A DNA stretch of 64,000 bases from an uncultured Veillonella sp. (lineage in GTDB: Bacteria; Bacillota; Negativicutes; Veillonellales; Veillonellaceae). How positions within the stretch are numbered: position 1 is the stretch's first letter; every line of letters starts with the position of its first letter. The position numbers were made by a program, and so were the translations under genes. The notes under the pieces were generated by a model. That model made no database searches and was not told the origin of the DNA. It saw nothing but the letters and a program-made list of their open reading frames with translations. This document shows, in pieces, positions 10,775 through 21,156 of the stretch. The stretch spans positions 8,491 through 72,490 of the forward strand of contig CAUREE010000003.1 in assembly GCA_963523985.1 (NCBI GenBank), read 5' to 3'.

Positions 10775-12259
10775 TTATCTCTCCTTCAAGGCTTCTCTTG
10801 CCACTTCACGATCATCAAAGTGAATGGTTTCATCTTTTAAAATTTGATAATCTTCATGACCTTTACCTGCAATGATAACTACATCTCCTGTAGTTGCCTC
10901 TTTGATTGCCTTATGAATCGCTTCACGACGGTCTACAATGACTTCATAAGTGACACTATCATGTAAACCTTCTTTCACACCTACCTCTACATCTTTTACG
11001 ATTTGTACAGGGTCTTCTGTACGTGGGTTATCTGAAGTTACAAATACACGATCCCCAAATTGCGCTGCAATACGTCCCATAATTGGGCGTTTTGTAGCAT
11101 CTCGATCTCCACCACAGCCAAAGACCACTAAGATGCGATTTTCTACAATTTTCTTCGCTGTTTGTAGTATATTTTCTAATCCATCTGGTGTATGAGCATA
11201 ATCTACAACGACTGCAAAATCTTGCCCTTCTTCGATTAATTCAAATCGACCTGGCACAGCTGTAAAAGTAGATAATGATTTTACAATCTGTTCCATCGTC
11301 AACCCTTCATATAATGCAGCGCCTACGGCAGCCAAGGTATTATACACATTGAACATACCTGCAATTTTCGTAGAAATTGGGTACATTTTTCCATCATAGG
11401 ATAAAGTGAATTGGGAAGATTTAGCAGTAATCGCTAAATCAGAAGCATTCATTGTACCTTTGCCTTCTGTACTGTATGTAATCATAGGTGCTGTTGTCAC
11501 ATCTACAATCGCTTGACCATAGGCATCATCTACATTAATAACAGCGCCTTTACCTTCTTTCACCTGATAGGAGGCACTAACTTGTTTAAATAGCTTAGCT
11601 TTTGCCGCTAAATAATTATCGAATGTCTTATGAAAGTCCAAATGATCTTGCGTTAAATTAGTAAATACAGCTGTATCATATTCTACACCCGCTGTACGTC
11701 CCAATGCTAGGGCATGAGATGATACTTCCATAATACAATGTGTTACACCAGCATCCACCATTTGTTGTAAAATTTGCTGCAAATCTGCTACATCCGGTGT
11801 GGTATTGTGAATTGGGTACGATTGGTCATCAATCAAAATATGTACAGTCCCAATAATCCCCACTGTGTAGCCTTGGGAGCGCAACATATGACCAATAATA
11901 TGAGTCGTTGTAGTTTTACCATTTGTTCCTGTTACACCAATCATACGCATTTTAGAAGCTGGGTAATCATAGAAAAATGGTACAGCATCTTGCAAGGCTT
12001 GTCTTGTATCATCCACATAGAGAACCGCTACATGTTCTGGCACGGTCACAGGTTTCGATGCAATAATCGCTACCGCACCATCTTCCACTGCTTTTGCAAC
12101 AAAGTTATGCGCATCCACTGTAGCACCAACTAAACAGATAAATAAACTACCTTCTTGTACTGTTCTAGAGTCAGCTGTAATATGGCTAACAACAGATGTC
12201 AAAGGACCTTCTACCTTCGTAGGAGATACAACTTTTACAATTTCTTCCACTCGTTTCAT
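10775..12259 (-). CDS. murE: MurE ligase, meso-DAP type
   Basis: GTNGKTT, MEVSSH, DYAHTPD, GCGGDRD, DNPR (meso-DAP specificity motif), AGKGHE. Start ATG 12259 after GGAGG. Confidence 0.98.
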   Translation of the reverse strand: MKRVEEIVKVVSPTKVEGPLTSVVSHITADSRTVQEGSLFICLVGATVDAHNFVAKAVEDGAVAIIASKPVTVPEHVAVLYVDDTRQALQDAVPFFYDYPASKMRMIGVTGTNGKTTTTHIIGHMLRSQGYTVGIIGTVHILIDDQSYPIHNTTPDVADLQQILQQMVDAGVTHCIMEVSSHALALGRTAGVEYDTAVFTNLTQDHLDFHKTFDNYLAAKAKLFKQVSASYQVKEGKGAVINVDDAYGQAIVDVTTAPMITYSTEGKGTMNASDLAITAKSSQFTLSYDGKMYPISTKIAGMFNVYNTLAAVGAALYEGLTMEQIVKSLSTFTAVPGRFELIEEGQDFAVVVDYAHTPDGLENILQTAKKIVENRILVVFGCGGDRDATKRPIMGRIAAQFGDRVFVTSDNPRTEDPVQIVKDVEVGVKEGLHDSVTYEVIVDRREAIHKAIKEATTGDVVIIAGKGHEDYQILKDETIHFDDREVAREALKER

Positions 12260-12307
12260 ATTGATTCCTCCAATCATAGAGAAAGCAGCCCAAAAGGACT
12301 GCCTTCA

Positions 12308-12715
12308 TCATTCTCTAATATCCTTTTTCATCGTCACTTTGCGTTCTTCCACTGTATTTTTAGTAGTGTAAACGAAATTATCTGGTAATACCATGCCAAG
12401 TTTTTGTTGCGCTATTTTTTGAATGCGCGTAGGAGATCTTAATTCTGCTAAGCCTAAATTATATTCATAATTAGTACGATTTTCTAACACAATTTGTTCT
12501 TGTAAATTGACTGTTTCTTTCCGTGCATTTTCAGTGACACCGGTTAAGAGCAAGCAAACCAACCCTAAGACCATCGCCATTAGTACAGTTAACAAACACT
12601 GACGCATATCTGGGGTCAAATCCCAAATGAACGCTTGTGTTTTTACTTTTTTCTTTCTGACCGGTTCTACATAAGGTGCTGATTGCTCCCAATACGCAGC
12701 CTTTCGTACTAACAT
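12308..12715 (-). CDS. ftsL: Cell division protein FtsL
   Basis: Single TM, coiled coil, C-terminal LRSPTRIQKIAQQKLGM; directly after rsmH. Confidence 0.85.
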   Translation of the reverse strand: MLVRKAAYWEQSAPYVEPVRKKKVKTQAFIWDLTPDMRQCLLTVLMAMVLGLVCLLLTGVTENARKETVNLQEQIVLENRTNYEYNLGLAELRSPTRIQKIAQQKLGMVLPDNFVYTTKNTVEERKVTMKKDIRE

Positions 12716-12730
12716 AATAATTCCTCCCAA

Positions 12731-13663
12731 CTATAATTTCACGGCTACCCTCAACTTGGCACTACGGGACCGTGGATTCTCTTCTACTTCTTTGTGACTT
12801 GGCTCTATAGCCTTATTTTTTGCTTTTACAACGGGTACATGATGACACACACACACTGGTAAATTCGGTGGACATGTACATCCCTGTGCTAACTCTTTAA
12901 ACGTTTGCTTTGTAATTCTATCCTCTAAGGAATGGAAAGTAATCACTGCAATTCTTCCACCTGGTTGTAACATGGATACAGCATCTACAAATGCATCATG
13001 CAAAATTTGCAGTTCCTGATTCACTTCTATACGAAGAGCTTGAAATGTTCGTTTTGCTGGATGTGGTCCATCTTGCCTAGCCTTTGCAGGTATGGCACGT
13101 TTAATGATATCCACCAACTGAAAGGTTGTCACTATAGGCGCTTTTTCTCTAGCTTCTAGGATAAATTGAATAATTCGTTTAGCCCATCGTTCTTCACCAT
13201 AGTCCCAGATAATACGATATAAGTCTTCACTAGAATAAGTATTTACAATAGTTTCTGCCGTTAAAGTTCCTGTTTGATTCATACGCATATCTAACGGACC
13301 ATCTTGCATATAGGAAAACCCTCGATCCGCTGTATCTAATTGATGACTCGATACACCTAAGTCAAAAACGAATCCATCGACTTCAAAAATACCTTCCTCG
13401 TGTAATGCTTGCTTTAAGTGAGAGAAATTAGTTTTGATGACTTTCACCTGGCAAGTCAAATCAGCTAATCGCTGAGATGCTGCCTCTAATGCCGCCACAT
13501 CTTGATCTAAACCAATCATCATGCCTTCTGAAGATAATCGTTCACCGATAGCATGGGAATGTCCCCCACCACCTAATGTACAGTCCACATAGGTTCCATT
13601 TGGTTTAATCGCCAATCCGTCTAGCGTTTCATTGAGTAATACACTCACATGATGAAAGTTCAT
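12731..13663 (-). CDS. rsmH: 16S rRNA m4C1402 methyltransferase RsmH (MraW)
   Basis: HVSVLLNE, DCTLGGGGHS, DLGVSS, TFHSLEDR, NPRSRSAKLR. Confidence 0.99.
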   Translation of the reverse strand: MNFHHVSVLLNETLDGLAIKPNGTYVDCTLGGGGHSHAIGERLSSEGMMIGLDQDVAALEAASQRLADLTCQVKVIKTNFSHLKQALHEEGIFEVDGFVFDLGVSSHQLDTADRGFSYMQDGPLDMRMNQTGTLTAETIVNTYSSEDLYRIIWDYGEERWAKRIIQFILEAREKAPIVTTFQLVDIIKRAIPAKARQDGPHPAKRTFQALRIEVNQELQILHDAFVDAVSMLQPGGRIAVITFHSLEDRITKQTFKELAQGCTCPPNLPVCVCHHVPVVKAKNKAIEPSHKEVEENPRSRSAKLRVAVKL

Positions 13664-13673
13664 AATTCCTCAC

Positions 13674-14111
13674 TTAAAATCCAATATCATCCAAATCAAG
13701 TTCTTCTGCCATAGCCTCAATATTGCCGTAAATTTCGTTGTTATAAGCATCCCAACGAGTTTTACTCCAAATCTCGATGCGTTCACCATTACCAACTACA
13801 ACCACGTCTTTTTTCAACTCACCGTGGGCGCGAAGATTACTTGGTATCAACACACGGCCTTGTTTATCAAACTCAAGGTCTGCTGCACCACCTACAAAAA
13901 ACCGTACCAAACTACGTTGGTTCGCTTTATTGGAGCTTTTAGAACTTAATTTTTTTGCTAGCTCTTCAAACTTTTCTTGGGTATAAATGGCTAAGGTATT
14001 GTCAAAATATCGTGTTACAACACAAGTGTCCCCCAGTTGCTCACGCATTTTGGCAGGAATGATCATGCGCCCTTTACTATCGATTGTATGTGAAAATTCA
14101 CCTTTAAACAT
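13674..14111 (-). CDS. mraZ: Transcriptional regulator MraZ
   Basis: Two DxKGR/DKQGR motifs, IEIWS; heads the dcw cluster. Confidence 0.98.
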   Translation of the reverse strand: MFKGEFSHTIDSKGRMIIPAKMREQLGDTCVVTRYFDNTLAIYTQEKFEELAKKLSSKSSNKANQRSLVRFFVGGAADLEFDKQGRVLIPSNLRAHGELKKDVVVVGNGERIEIWSKTRWDAYNNEIYGNIEAMAEELDLDDIGF

Positions 14112-14149
14112 AGCAAGGACACCTCCTTTTCTCTCACCTATTTGCCCTA

Positions 14150-14210
14150 TTTACCACTATATGGTAAATTTTACCACAATTCCCCACTTTTCACAACAAA
14201 ATAACCACCC
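14150..14210 (-). promoter_or_regulatory. dcw (mraZ) sigma70 promoter overlapped by MraZ-type GTGG repeats
   Basis: Minus strand TTGTGA (14191-14196)-17 bp-TAAAAT (14168-14173) with an extended TG. GTGG(G/T) repeats on a 10-bp register lie within and around it. Confidence 0.8.
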
Positions 14211-14464
14211 TTTTTATAGATATTTATACACTTTTTTCCTACAATTTGTTAATAGCGAACACTTATTTAAATATTTATGTATATGTTCGTATATTGAGTG
14301 TAAAATCGAACATTTTTAACTGTACAGAATAGTGGGAAAAAGTGGGGAAGTTTTTCCATTTTTCCTCGTTTTTAACTTTACCAACAATATAACGAGGCAT
14401 CTCTATCCTAAAAAAATGAGACTATGAACACCATTAAAACATATATAAACACCAAGTGGAAAAT

Positions 14465-14503
14465 AAAAAAGATAGCCGAATCATAGATTCAGCTATCTTT
14501 TTT
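14465..14503. terminator. Intrinsic terminator after the aminotransferase gene
   Basis: A6-GATAGC...GCTATC-T6 hairpin. Confidence 0.8.
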
Positions 14504-14546
14504 CCGCTATAATAACTATTCAATTGTCTCTATCTTTTCTCTGTTT

Positions 14547-15791
14547 TTATAATTGAGCTACTCGTTTCATTGCATCATAAATTCTCTGTGCCAATCCAGT
14601 AATTTGTCGTTTTGGAATCGAGCATACAGCAATACGCACACCACCAGATACAGGAATTAAAAACACATTTTCTTTCTTCAATTCATCTGCCAAGGCCTTT
14701 GGATTATCGCTTGGAATTGTTGCAAAGAAACCACCCATATATGGCAACATTGGTAAGCCGATTGCTTTTCCTTCACACTCTAAAATACCTGCCCGTTCTT
14801 CTACAAGACGAGAGTAACAATTACGTTCTTCTTCATAGCATTTTAATTTCTTAGGATCAAGCACAATATTGGCTACTGTACGCATAGCTGGTCGATTAAT
14901 ATTAGACCATGTACCACGGGATGTCATTTGATTAATATCAAAAAACTCCTGTGCCACTTCTTTATCAGAAGTAATGCCCAACATACAGCCAACACGTTGA
15001 CCGTACATAGTAAATCCTTTGGAAATACTGTAGCATACGACTGTTAAAATATCTTTTGACAAATGTTCAAATTTTTTAAAGAATCGACGCACCTCTTCTT
15101 TAGGGCCAGAGAAATCAATATACGCAGCATCAACTCCAATAATCACTTTGTTTCTTCCTGCACTTACTAAACGATTCGCAAGCACTAATACTTTATCCCA
15201 ATCGCTGTCACATAGAGAAAAACCTGTTGGATTATTACCAGGTGTGTTAAAAATAACTAAAATATTCTCTTGTTTCTTAGCTATATCTAATACTAAGGAT
15301 TCTAACGCCTCAAAGTTGAACTCATAGTTCTCATTGAATAGAGCGTAGGTAAGTAATTCGCGTCCATTGTCATGGCATATTTGTTTGTACGCACCCCAAT
15401 ACCAATCTGCAGTGATTACCGTATCACCCAACTCTGTATAATTGTGAACTAAATGATGAATCCCACCTGTACCGCCAGCTGTGGCTATTCCTTCAATATA
15501 GGCATCAGGTCTAGATTGACCGAAACATTCTTGTTTACATGCTTCCACAAACTCTTTTAATCCCTCAATCGGTGCATATGCAACATATTCATTACGTGGC
15601 AAATTACGAAACTCATCTTCTACCACTTTTAAGAAAACAATATCACCATTTTCATCTAGGATAGATCCGACAGTTCCATTTAACACGTTTTCTTTGCCAT
15701 ATTGTCTTACTGCCTCTTGGGCTTGTGAGTTTGTTGCAAAGATCACATCATTTGCTTTTTTCCCACGCGCTTGTTTTGCTGCCATACTCAT
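14547..15791 (-). CDS. PLP-dependent aminotransferase, class I/II
   Basis: NTPGNNPTG, DAAY, SISKGFTMYGQRVG (PLP lysine). Start ATG 15791 after GGAAGG. Confidence 0.92.
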   Translation of the reverse strand: MSMAAKQARGKKANDVIFATNSQAQEAVRQYGKENVLNGTVGSILDENGDIVFLKVVEDEFRNLPRNEYVAYAPIEGLKEFVEACKQECFGQSRPDAYIEGIATAGGTGGIHHLVHNYTELGDTVITADWYWGAYKQICHDNGRELLTYALFNENYEFNFEALESLVLDIAKKQENILVIFNTPGNNPTGFSLCDSDWDKVLVLANRLVSAGRNKVIIGVDAAYIDFSGPKEEVRRFFKKFEHLSKDILTVVCYSISKGFTMYGQRVGCMLGITSDKEVAQEFFDINQMTSRGTWSNINRPAMRTVANIVLDPKKLKCYEEERNCYSRLVEERAGILECEGKAIGLPMLPYMGGFFATIPSDNPKALADELKKENVFLIPVSGGVRIAVCSIPKRQITGLAQRIYDAMKRVAQL

Positions 15792-16060
15792 AGTAAACAC
15801 CTTCCTATAGTAGTTATACATTTATACTTATATTATTAGTTTACAAGAAAAATGGTTCTCCTACAAGACATGTAGCTTATGTATACACAATAGTTTTTTC
15901 TACTATTCAACTTTTTTATATTTTGATAAATATCTCCTGTTCCCATATCTAGTATATAAAGGTGTATATATGCGTTTATATAACTTTTTCTGTATATTTT
16001 TATGATATCATATACGCTGATTTCTCTTTGTAACAACTATGCATTCAAAATAAAGAAAAC

Positions 16061-16100
16061 AAAAAGCAGATACACAACCACAATGGATTGTATATCTGCT
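16061..16100 (-). terminator. Terminator of the liv-type operon
   Basis: AGCAGATA...TATCTGCT stem preceded by an A-tract on + (U-tract on minus). Confidence 0.7.
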
Positions 16101-16201
16101 ATCTTTATATAGTTATCTGCCAAGGTCATTACACCTGTGTTAAATCCTATATATATCTTTATATATATTTCTCTATAATATTCAAGATAAAAATTAGGGA
16201 A

Positions 16202-16912
16202 TTATTCCACTTTACCACCTAAGTACGCTTCCATCACTCTAGGATCGTGACGAATCTCTTCGGCTGGTCCAGAAAGAACTATTTTACCTGTTTCCAGTAC
16301 ATATGCATAGTCAGCAATTTTCAAAGCTTGACGTACGTTTTGTTCTACTAACAATACTGTCGTTCCTTCGGCGCTAATCTCCTTGATAACTTCAAAGATT
16401 TCATTTACCACTAACGGTGCCAAACCCATGGATGGTTCATCTAGCAACAATAATTTAGGACGGGCCATTAAAGCACGACCGATGGCAAGCATTTGTTGTT
16501 GTCCACCAGACAAAGTACCACCTAATTGGTAACTACGTTCGTCAAGAATAGGGAATCGCTTGAATACTTTTTTAATATCATCGTTGATTTCAGCATCCTT
16601 ACGAATGTAAGCGCCCATTTCAAGATTTTCATAGACACTCATATCTTGTAAAATTTGGCGTCCTTCTGGAACGAGGGAAATACCAGCTTTCACAATATCA
16701 TGAGTCTTCATAGATGTTATATCCTTACCTTCAAAGGTAATGCAACCTTCTGTTGGTTTTACCAATCCCATGATGGAACGCATAGTTGTAGATTTACCAG
16801 CACCATTGGCACCGATCAAAGATACAATGGACCCTTGAGGAACTTCTAAGTTAATAGATTTTAATGCTGTAATATGACCATAACCAGCCACTACATTTTC
16901 AATTTTTAACAT
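16202..16912 (-). CDS. livF: Branched-chain amino acid-type ABC transporter ATPase LivF
   Basis: GANGAGKST, LSGGQQQM, LLLDEPSMGLAP, VEQN. Confidence 0.93.
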   Translation of the reverse strand: MLKIENVVAGYGHITALKSINLEVPQGSIVSLIGANGAGKSTTMRSIMGLVKPTEGCITFEGKDITSMKTHDIVKAGISLVPEGRQILQDMSVYENLEMGAYIRKDAEINDDIKKVFKRFPILDERSYQLGGTLSGGQQQMLAIGRALMARPKLLLLDEPSMGLAPLVVNEIFEVIKEISAEGTTVLLVEQNVRQALKIADYAYVLETGKIVLSGPAEEIRHDPRVMEAYLGGKVE

Positions 16913-16913
16913 A

Positions 16914-17672
16914 TTATTCCTCCTTTCCTAAGTATGCTTCAATAACATCTGGATGATTTTGAATTTCCTGTGGCGTTCCTTCTGCAATTTTTTTACCGAA
17001 GTTTAACACTGCCAAGCGGTCACAAATATTCATCATCAACGCCATATCATGCTCAATGACTACCACTGTAATACCCAAATCACGAATTTTACCGATCAAT
17101 TGGCGCAACACTTCTGTTTCGCTATCGTTCATGCCGGCTGCTGGTTCATCTAACAGAATCAATTGCGGATGTGTTGCTAAGGCACGAGCAATTTCTAAAC
17201 GACGTTGTTTACCATATGGCAAAGATGTTGCTACTTCTTCTGCATCTTCTTCTAAGCCAACGAGTTTCAAAAACTCATAAGCAATACCACGACAACGCTC
17301 TTCTTCAACTCGTTGACGTTTTGTACGGAAGAAACTAGATAACACACCAGAACCCGTGCGACAATGCATACCTGTCAGCACAGTCTCCAAGGTCGTCATG
17401 TTACCGAACAAACGAATATTTTGGAACGTTCTAGCAATCCCCATTTCCACCGTACGATGTGGTTTAATACCCACCACATTCATACCATCGAACACAATAT
17501 TACCAGTGCTCACCGGGAACACGCCTGTAATTAAATTAAATAGCGTCGTTTTGCCGGCCCCATTCGGTCCAATTACACCAAAAACTTCCCCTTGGTTCAC
17601 TTGGAAGGTAACCCCTGTCAAGGCAGCCACACCGCCAAAGCTTTTACTTACATCATCTAATTGTAATAGCAT
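16914..17672 (-). CDS. livG: ABC transporter ATPase LivG
   Basis: GPNGAGKTT, RTFQNIRLF, LPYGKQRRLEIARAL, IEHDM. Confidence 0.93.
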   Translation of the reverse strand: MLLQLDDVSKSFGGVAALTGVTFQVNQGEVFGVIGPNGAGKTTLFNLITGVFPVSTGNIVFDGMNVVGIKPHRTVEMGIARTFQNIRLFGNMTTLETVLTGMHCRTGSGVLSSFFRTKRQRVEEERCRGIAYEFLKLVGLEEDAEEVATSLPYGKQRRLEIARALATHPQLILLDEPAAGMNDSETEVLRQLIGKIRDLGITVVVIEHDMALMMNICDRLAVLNFGKKIAEGTPQEIQNHPDVIEAYLGKEE

Positions 17673-17681
17673 GGGTACCTC

Positions 17682-18695
17682 CTATTCTTGACCAGACTTA
17701 CTTTGCGCCTTATAAGCTTCAAAGCGTTCTGTTAACACTTGCGTTTCTGGAATATATACTTTCTTTTTCACGCCCAATTTGCGGTAAATTTTGTCCATCA
17801 AATCTTCTGTCAAAATACCATCTGGGCGAACAGCCATCAAGATGACTAGTAATGCGCCATAAATAATATCCCGGTAATCCGCTAAGAAACGCAATACTTC
17901 TGGTAACAATGTCAAAATGAAAGAGCCTAGTACAGACCCCCATACTACATTGGAACCACCAAATACAGGGAATAATAAGATTTGTACTACTTTGTGATAG
18001 CTAAAATCTGTAGGGTTAATGAAGTTTGTAATATGTGCATACAAACCACCGCCAATACCAGCAATGAAAGCACCAATTACAAAGGCTAACATTTTGTAAT
18101 ACACCACATTGATACCCATCAATTCTGCTGCATGGTCATCAGCTTTGATAGCTTGGAACGCACGCCCTACACGACTATTGTGGATACGTAAACAGAACAA
18201 TATCACTAGCGCTAAAATCACTAATAAGATAATGATCGTTAACAAGTTACCCCATGTTAATGCATCGATGTCTAACAAACCGTCCATATCGAATTCATAC
18301 ATATAGTTTGTTAATTCTTGTGCAATCGCTGGAATGCCTGAAAGGCCCAAGGCTCCATTGGTCACTTCTAAATTCAAAAAGATAACACGTACTACTTCAC
18401 CAAAGCCTAGTGTAGCAATGGCAAGGTATAAACCTTTCAAACGTGTAGTTGGCAAACCAATCACAACAGCAACTAAGGCCGCTACGATGCCACCAATGAA
18501 GATAGCAATTGGAATCGGTAACTCCGCTTTCAGAGTAAGCAAAGCACCCACATAGGCACCTACGCTCATAAAGCCAGCCGCACCCAATGTCAACTGTCCT
18601 GTAGAAAGGGTGAAGAAAATGGAAATACCCATAATAGCATTGATGATGAAGAACATCACAATTTGTAGATAATATGGATTTAAAATTTCACTCAT
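17682..18695 (-). CDS. livM: ABC transporter permease LivM
   Basis: RLKGLYLAIATLGFGE, SRVGRAFQAI, PDGI. Confidence 0.92.
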   Translation of the reverse strand: MSEILNPYYLQIVMFFIINAIMGISIFFTLSTGQLTLGAAGFMSVGAYVGALLTLKAELPIPIAIFIGGIVAALVAVVIGLPTTRLKGLYLAIATLGFGEVVRVIFLNLEVTNGALGLSGIPAIAQELTNYMYEFDMDGLLDIDALTWGNLLTIIILLVILALVILFCLRIHNSRVGRAFQAIKADDHAAELMGINVVYYKMLAFVIGAFIAGIGGGLYAHITNFINPTDFSYHKVVQILLFPVFGGSNVVWGSVLGSFILTLLPEVLRFLADYRDIIYGALLVILMAVRPDGILTEDLMDKIYRKLGVKKKVYIPETQVLTERFEAYKAQSKSGQE

Positions 18696-19573
18696 GGTCG
18701 ACCCCCCTTATCTTTGGATCCGAATAACCCTTGTGGTCTCCAGAATAATAAGAGAATGATTAAACCGAAGGCTACGGCATCACGGTACGAAGATGCTCCA
18801 TAAGCAACGGAGAATACTTCAGATACACCTAAGATGAATCCACCTACCATAGCACCTGTAATATTACCAAGACCACCTAGGATTAATACAGCTAAGCCTT
18901 TAAATCCGATAACAACACCCATCATAGGCTCAACGGCATCGAAGGATAAGCCAACCAATACACCCGCGGCAGAACCTAAGGCGGAGGCTAACATTACCGT
19001 TACAGAAATAACTAGAGTCGGATTAATCCCCAACAAGGATGCTGTTTCTGTGCTCAAAGATACAGCACGAATAGCTTTACCAATTTTAGTCTTTTTAATG
19101 AGTACATTTAAAATCAACATTAACACAATGGATACGCCAAGGCCAATGATTTGAACCATGGAGATTTTGAACATACCAAAATCGATAAGTCCACCGATGA
19201 AATCTGGCGGGAATGAACGTGTTTGTGGGCCCCATACAAGCAAGGCTACACTTTCAATAAAAATAGAGACACCAATTGTAGAAATCAATGGCGCCAAATG
19301 GGATACGTTTTTCTTACGAAGTGGACGAAGTGCCACAAATTCTAATAGATATCCAAGAATTGCCCCTACGACCATAGCCACAAGGATGGCTACGAAGATA
19401 TTAGCTTCAAAGACTGTCACCATAAATAAACCCACGAAGGCACCTATCATAAAGATGCCTCCGTGAGCCATGTTGATGATGTTTAACACACCAAACACGA
19501 GTGTCAATCCGATAGCTAATACTGCATAGAGACTGCCTAAAGTAAGGCCATTCACTAATTGCTGTAAAAACAT
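18692..19573 (-). CDS. livH: ABC transporter permease LivH
   Basis: MFLQQLVNGL, INMAHG, GKAIRAV, RPQGLFG. Start ATG 19573 after AGGAG. Confidence 0.92.
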   Translation of the reverse strand: MFLQQLVNGLTLGSLYAVLAIGLTLVFGVLNIINMAHGGIFMIGAFVGLFMVTVFEANIFVAILVAMVVGAILGYLLEFVALRPLRKKNVSHLAPLISTIGVSIFIESVALLVWGPQTRSFPPDFIGGLIDFGMFKISMVQIIGLGVSIVLMLILNVLIKKTKIGKAIRAVSLSTETASLLGINPTLVISVTVMLASALGSAAGVLVGLSFDAVEPMMGVVIGFKGLAVLILGGLGNITGAMVGGFILGVSEVFSVAYGASSYRDAVAFGLIILLLFWRPQGLFGSKDKGGRP

Positions 19574-19583
19574 CGTGTTACTC

Positions 19584-20732
19584 CTATTTTTGTAATGCGT
19601 CAAACTGACCGTTTTTAATTTGTAAAACTTGAACTTCCATAGATGGGTCACGTTTTTCGTTAAATTGGAATTTACCAGTTACCCCTACGAAGTCTGTAAT
19701 ACCTTTTAAGGCATTACGGAATTTTTCGCGATCTGTTGTAGAACCTGCTGCTTTCAACGCTGCTTCATACAAGAATACTGCATCATATGCTTGTGCTGCG
19801 AATTGATCTGGTTCATGACCATATTTTTCTACATAAGCTTTGCGGAAGTCGCGAACTTTTTGGTCATCTTTGTTAGGGAACCAAGGTGTACCTACGATCG
19901 CACCATCAGCAGCGGCACCCGCATTTTTAATGAACGCTGGGCTGTTGAAACCATTGGAACCTACTACTGGTTGGTTCATGCCAAGTTCACGCATTTTTTT
20001 CATAATCAATGCACCTTCTTGGTACAAGGAAGCAACGATGATAATATCAGGTTTTGCTTGTTGGATTTTAGTCAACTGTGCAGAGAAATCTGTATCTTTA
20101 TCAGCAAATGTTTCTGTCGCTACAATTTGGACTCCTTCAGATTCCAACGCTTTTTTAGCAGTATTATTTACAGATACCATTTGGTCATTGTTGTTGGAGT
20201 ACATAATCGCTGCTGTTTTGAAGCCTAATACTTTGTGAGATTGACGAATCGCTGCGTCTACTGCTAAGGATTCTGGTACGGCATTACGGAAAATGTAATC
20301 TCCGATATCAGTGATGCCTTCTGCAGTTGTAGAAGTACCCAATGCTACCACTTTATTTTTGTTAGCAATTGGGCCTGCTGCCATCATTTCGCCAGATAAC
20401 ATAGGTCCAATGACAGCTACGACTTTATCTTTTGCAATGACTTTATTCATCGCATTGATCGCTTCGTTTTTGTCACCTTTTGTATCTTCCACTAACAAAT
20501 TAATTTTTACATTGTTAGCATCGCCATTAATTTGTGCTACTGCTAACTCTGCACCATTCTTAATGGATTCGCCATAGGCAGCTGCTGCGCCAGACGTCGT
20601 AGTCAATAAAGCTACTTTTGCTTCATTTGCATTGTTTGTTGATGAACTATTGCCACCGCAACCAGCGATCGCCGCAGCTAAAATAGCCGTAGCACCCAAT
20701 GCTAGTGCACGTTTGAACATGGATTTTTTCAT
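19584..20732 (-). CDS. LivJ/LivK-like substrate-binding lipoprotein
   Basis: Lipobox IAGC; type 1 PBP motifs (EDTKGD, IGPMLS, YIFR, DFSAQLTKI). Confidence 0.9.
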   Translation of the reverse strand: MKKSMFKRALALGATAILAAAIAGCGGNSSSTNNANEAKVALLTTTSGAAAAYGESIKNGAELAVAQINGDANNVKINLLVEDTKGDKNEAINAMNKVIAKDKVVAVIGPMLSGEMMAAGPIANKNKVVALGTSTTAEGITDIGDYIFRNAVPESLAVDAAIRQSHKVLGFKTAAIMYSNNNDQMVSVNNTAKKALESEGVQIVATETFADKDTDFSAQLTKIQQAKPDIIIVASLYQEGALIMKKMRELGMNQPVVGSNGFNSPAFIKNAGAAADGAIVGTPWFPNKDDQKVRDFRKAYVEKYGHEPDQFAAQAYDAVFLYEAALKAAGSTTDREKFRNALKGITDFVGVTGKFQFNEKRDPSMEVQVLQIKNGQFDALQK

Positions 20733-21069
20733 GTTACAACCTTCCTCCTTAAAACTCTATCTTACGGATTTTCTGTTTCTGAAAGCCACCTCAATCTTTT
20801 TCTCTTTATCAGATTAAAACACAAATGACAATTCTATAGAAACCCTATTCTTATCTATTATGAATGTAACATGAGTAGTTTGTCAAATATAATTATAAGA
20901 ATTTATATATGAGTTTATTTAGTAAACTAGTCACGTATATTTTCCTCATTTTTGTATTTATACAGAGGACAAATATCTTTTTTGAAAATCAAATAATAGA
21001 AATAGATACGTTCCGTTACCAAGTATGTCCTTTTAAAAGTATGCCCCGATCTACTACTTAGGCATATTA

Positions 21070-21107
21070 AAACTGGCGATGAAAATGATCACTCTCATCG
21101 CCAGTTT
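21070..21107. terminator. Terminator after ahcY
   Basis: AAACTGGCGATGA...TCATCGCCAGTTT inverted repeat. Confidence 0.75.
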
Positions 21108-21156
21108 AACACAGTTGCAATTTTATTTACTATGTATCAATAAAATTTCATCATTA

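Noticed and set aside
14254..14320. LexA (CGAAC-N4-GTTCG) boxes upstream of mraZ
   Set aside because: Only separated half-sites (CGAAC, GTTCG, CGAAC); no correctly spaced full box
15836..16036. 66-aa ORF between the aminotransferase and livF
   Set aside because: AT-rich intergenic composition, TTG start without RBS, no recognisable motif
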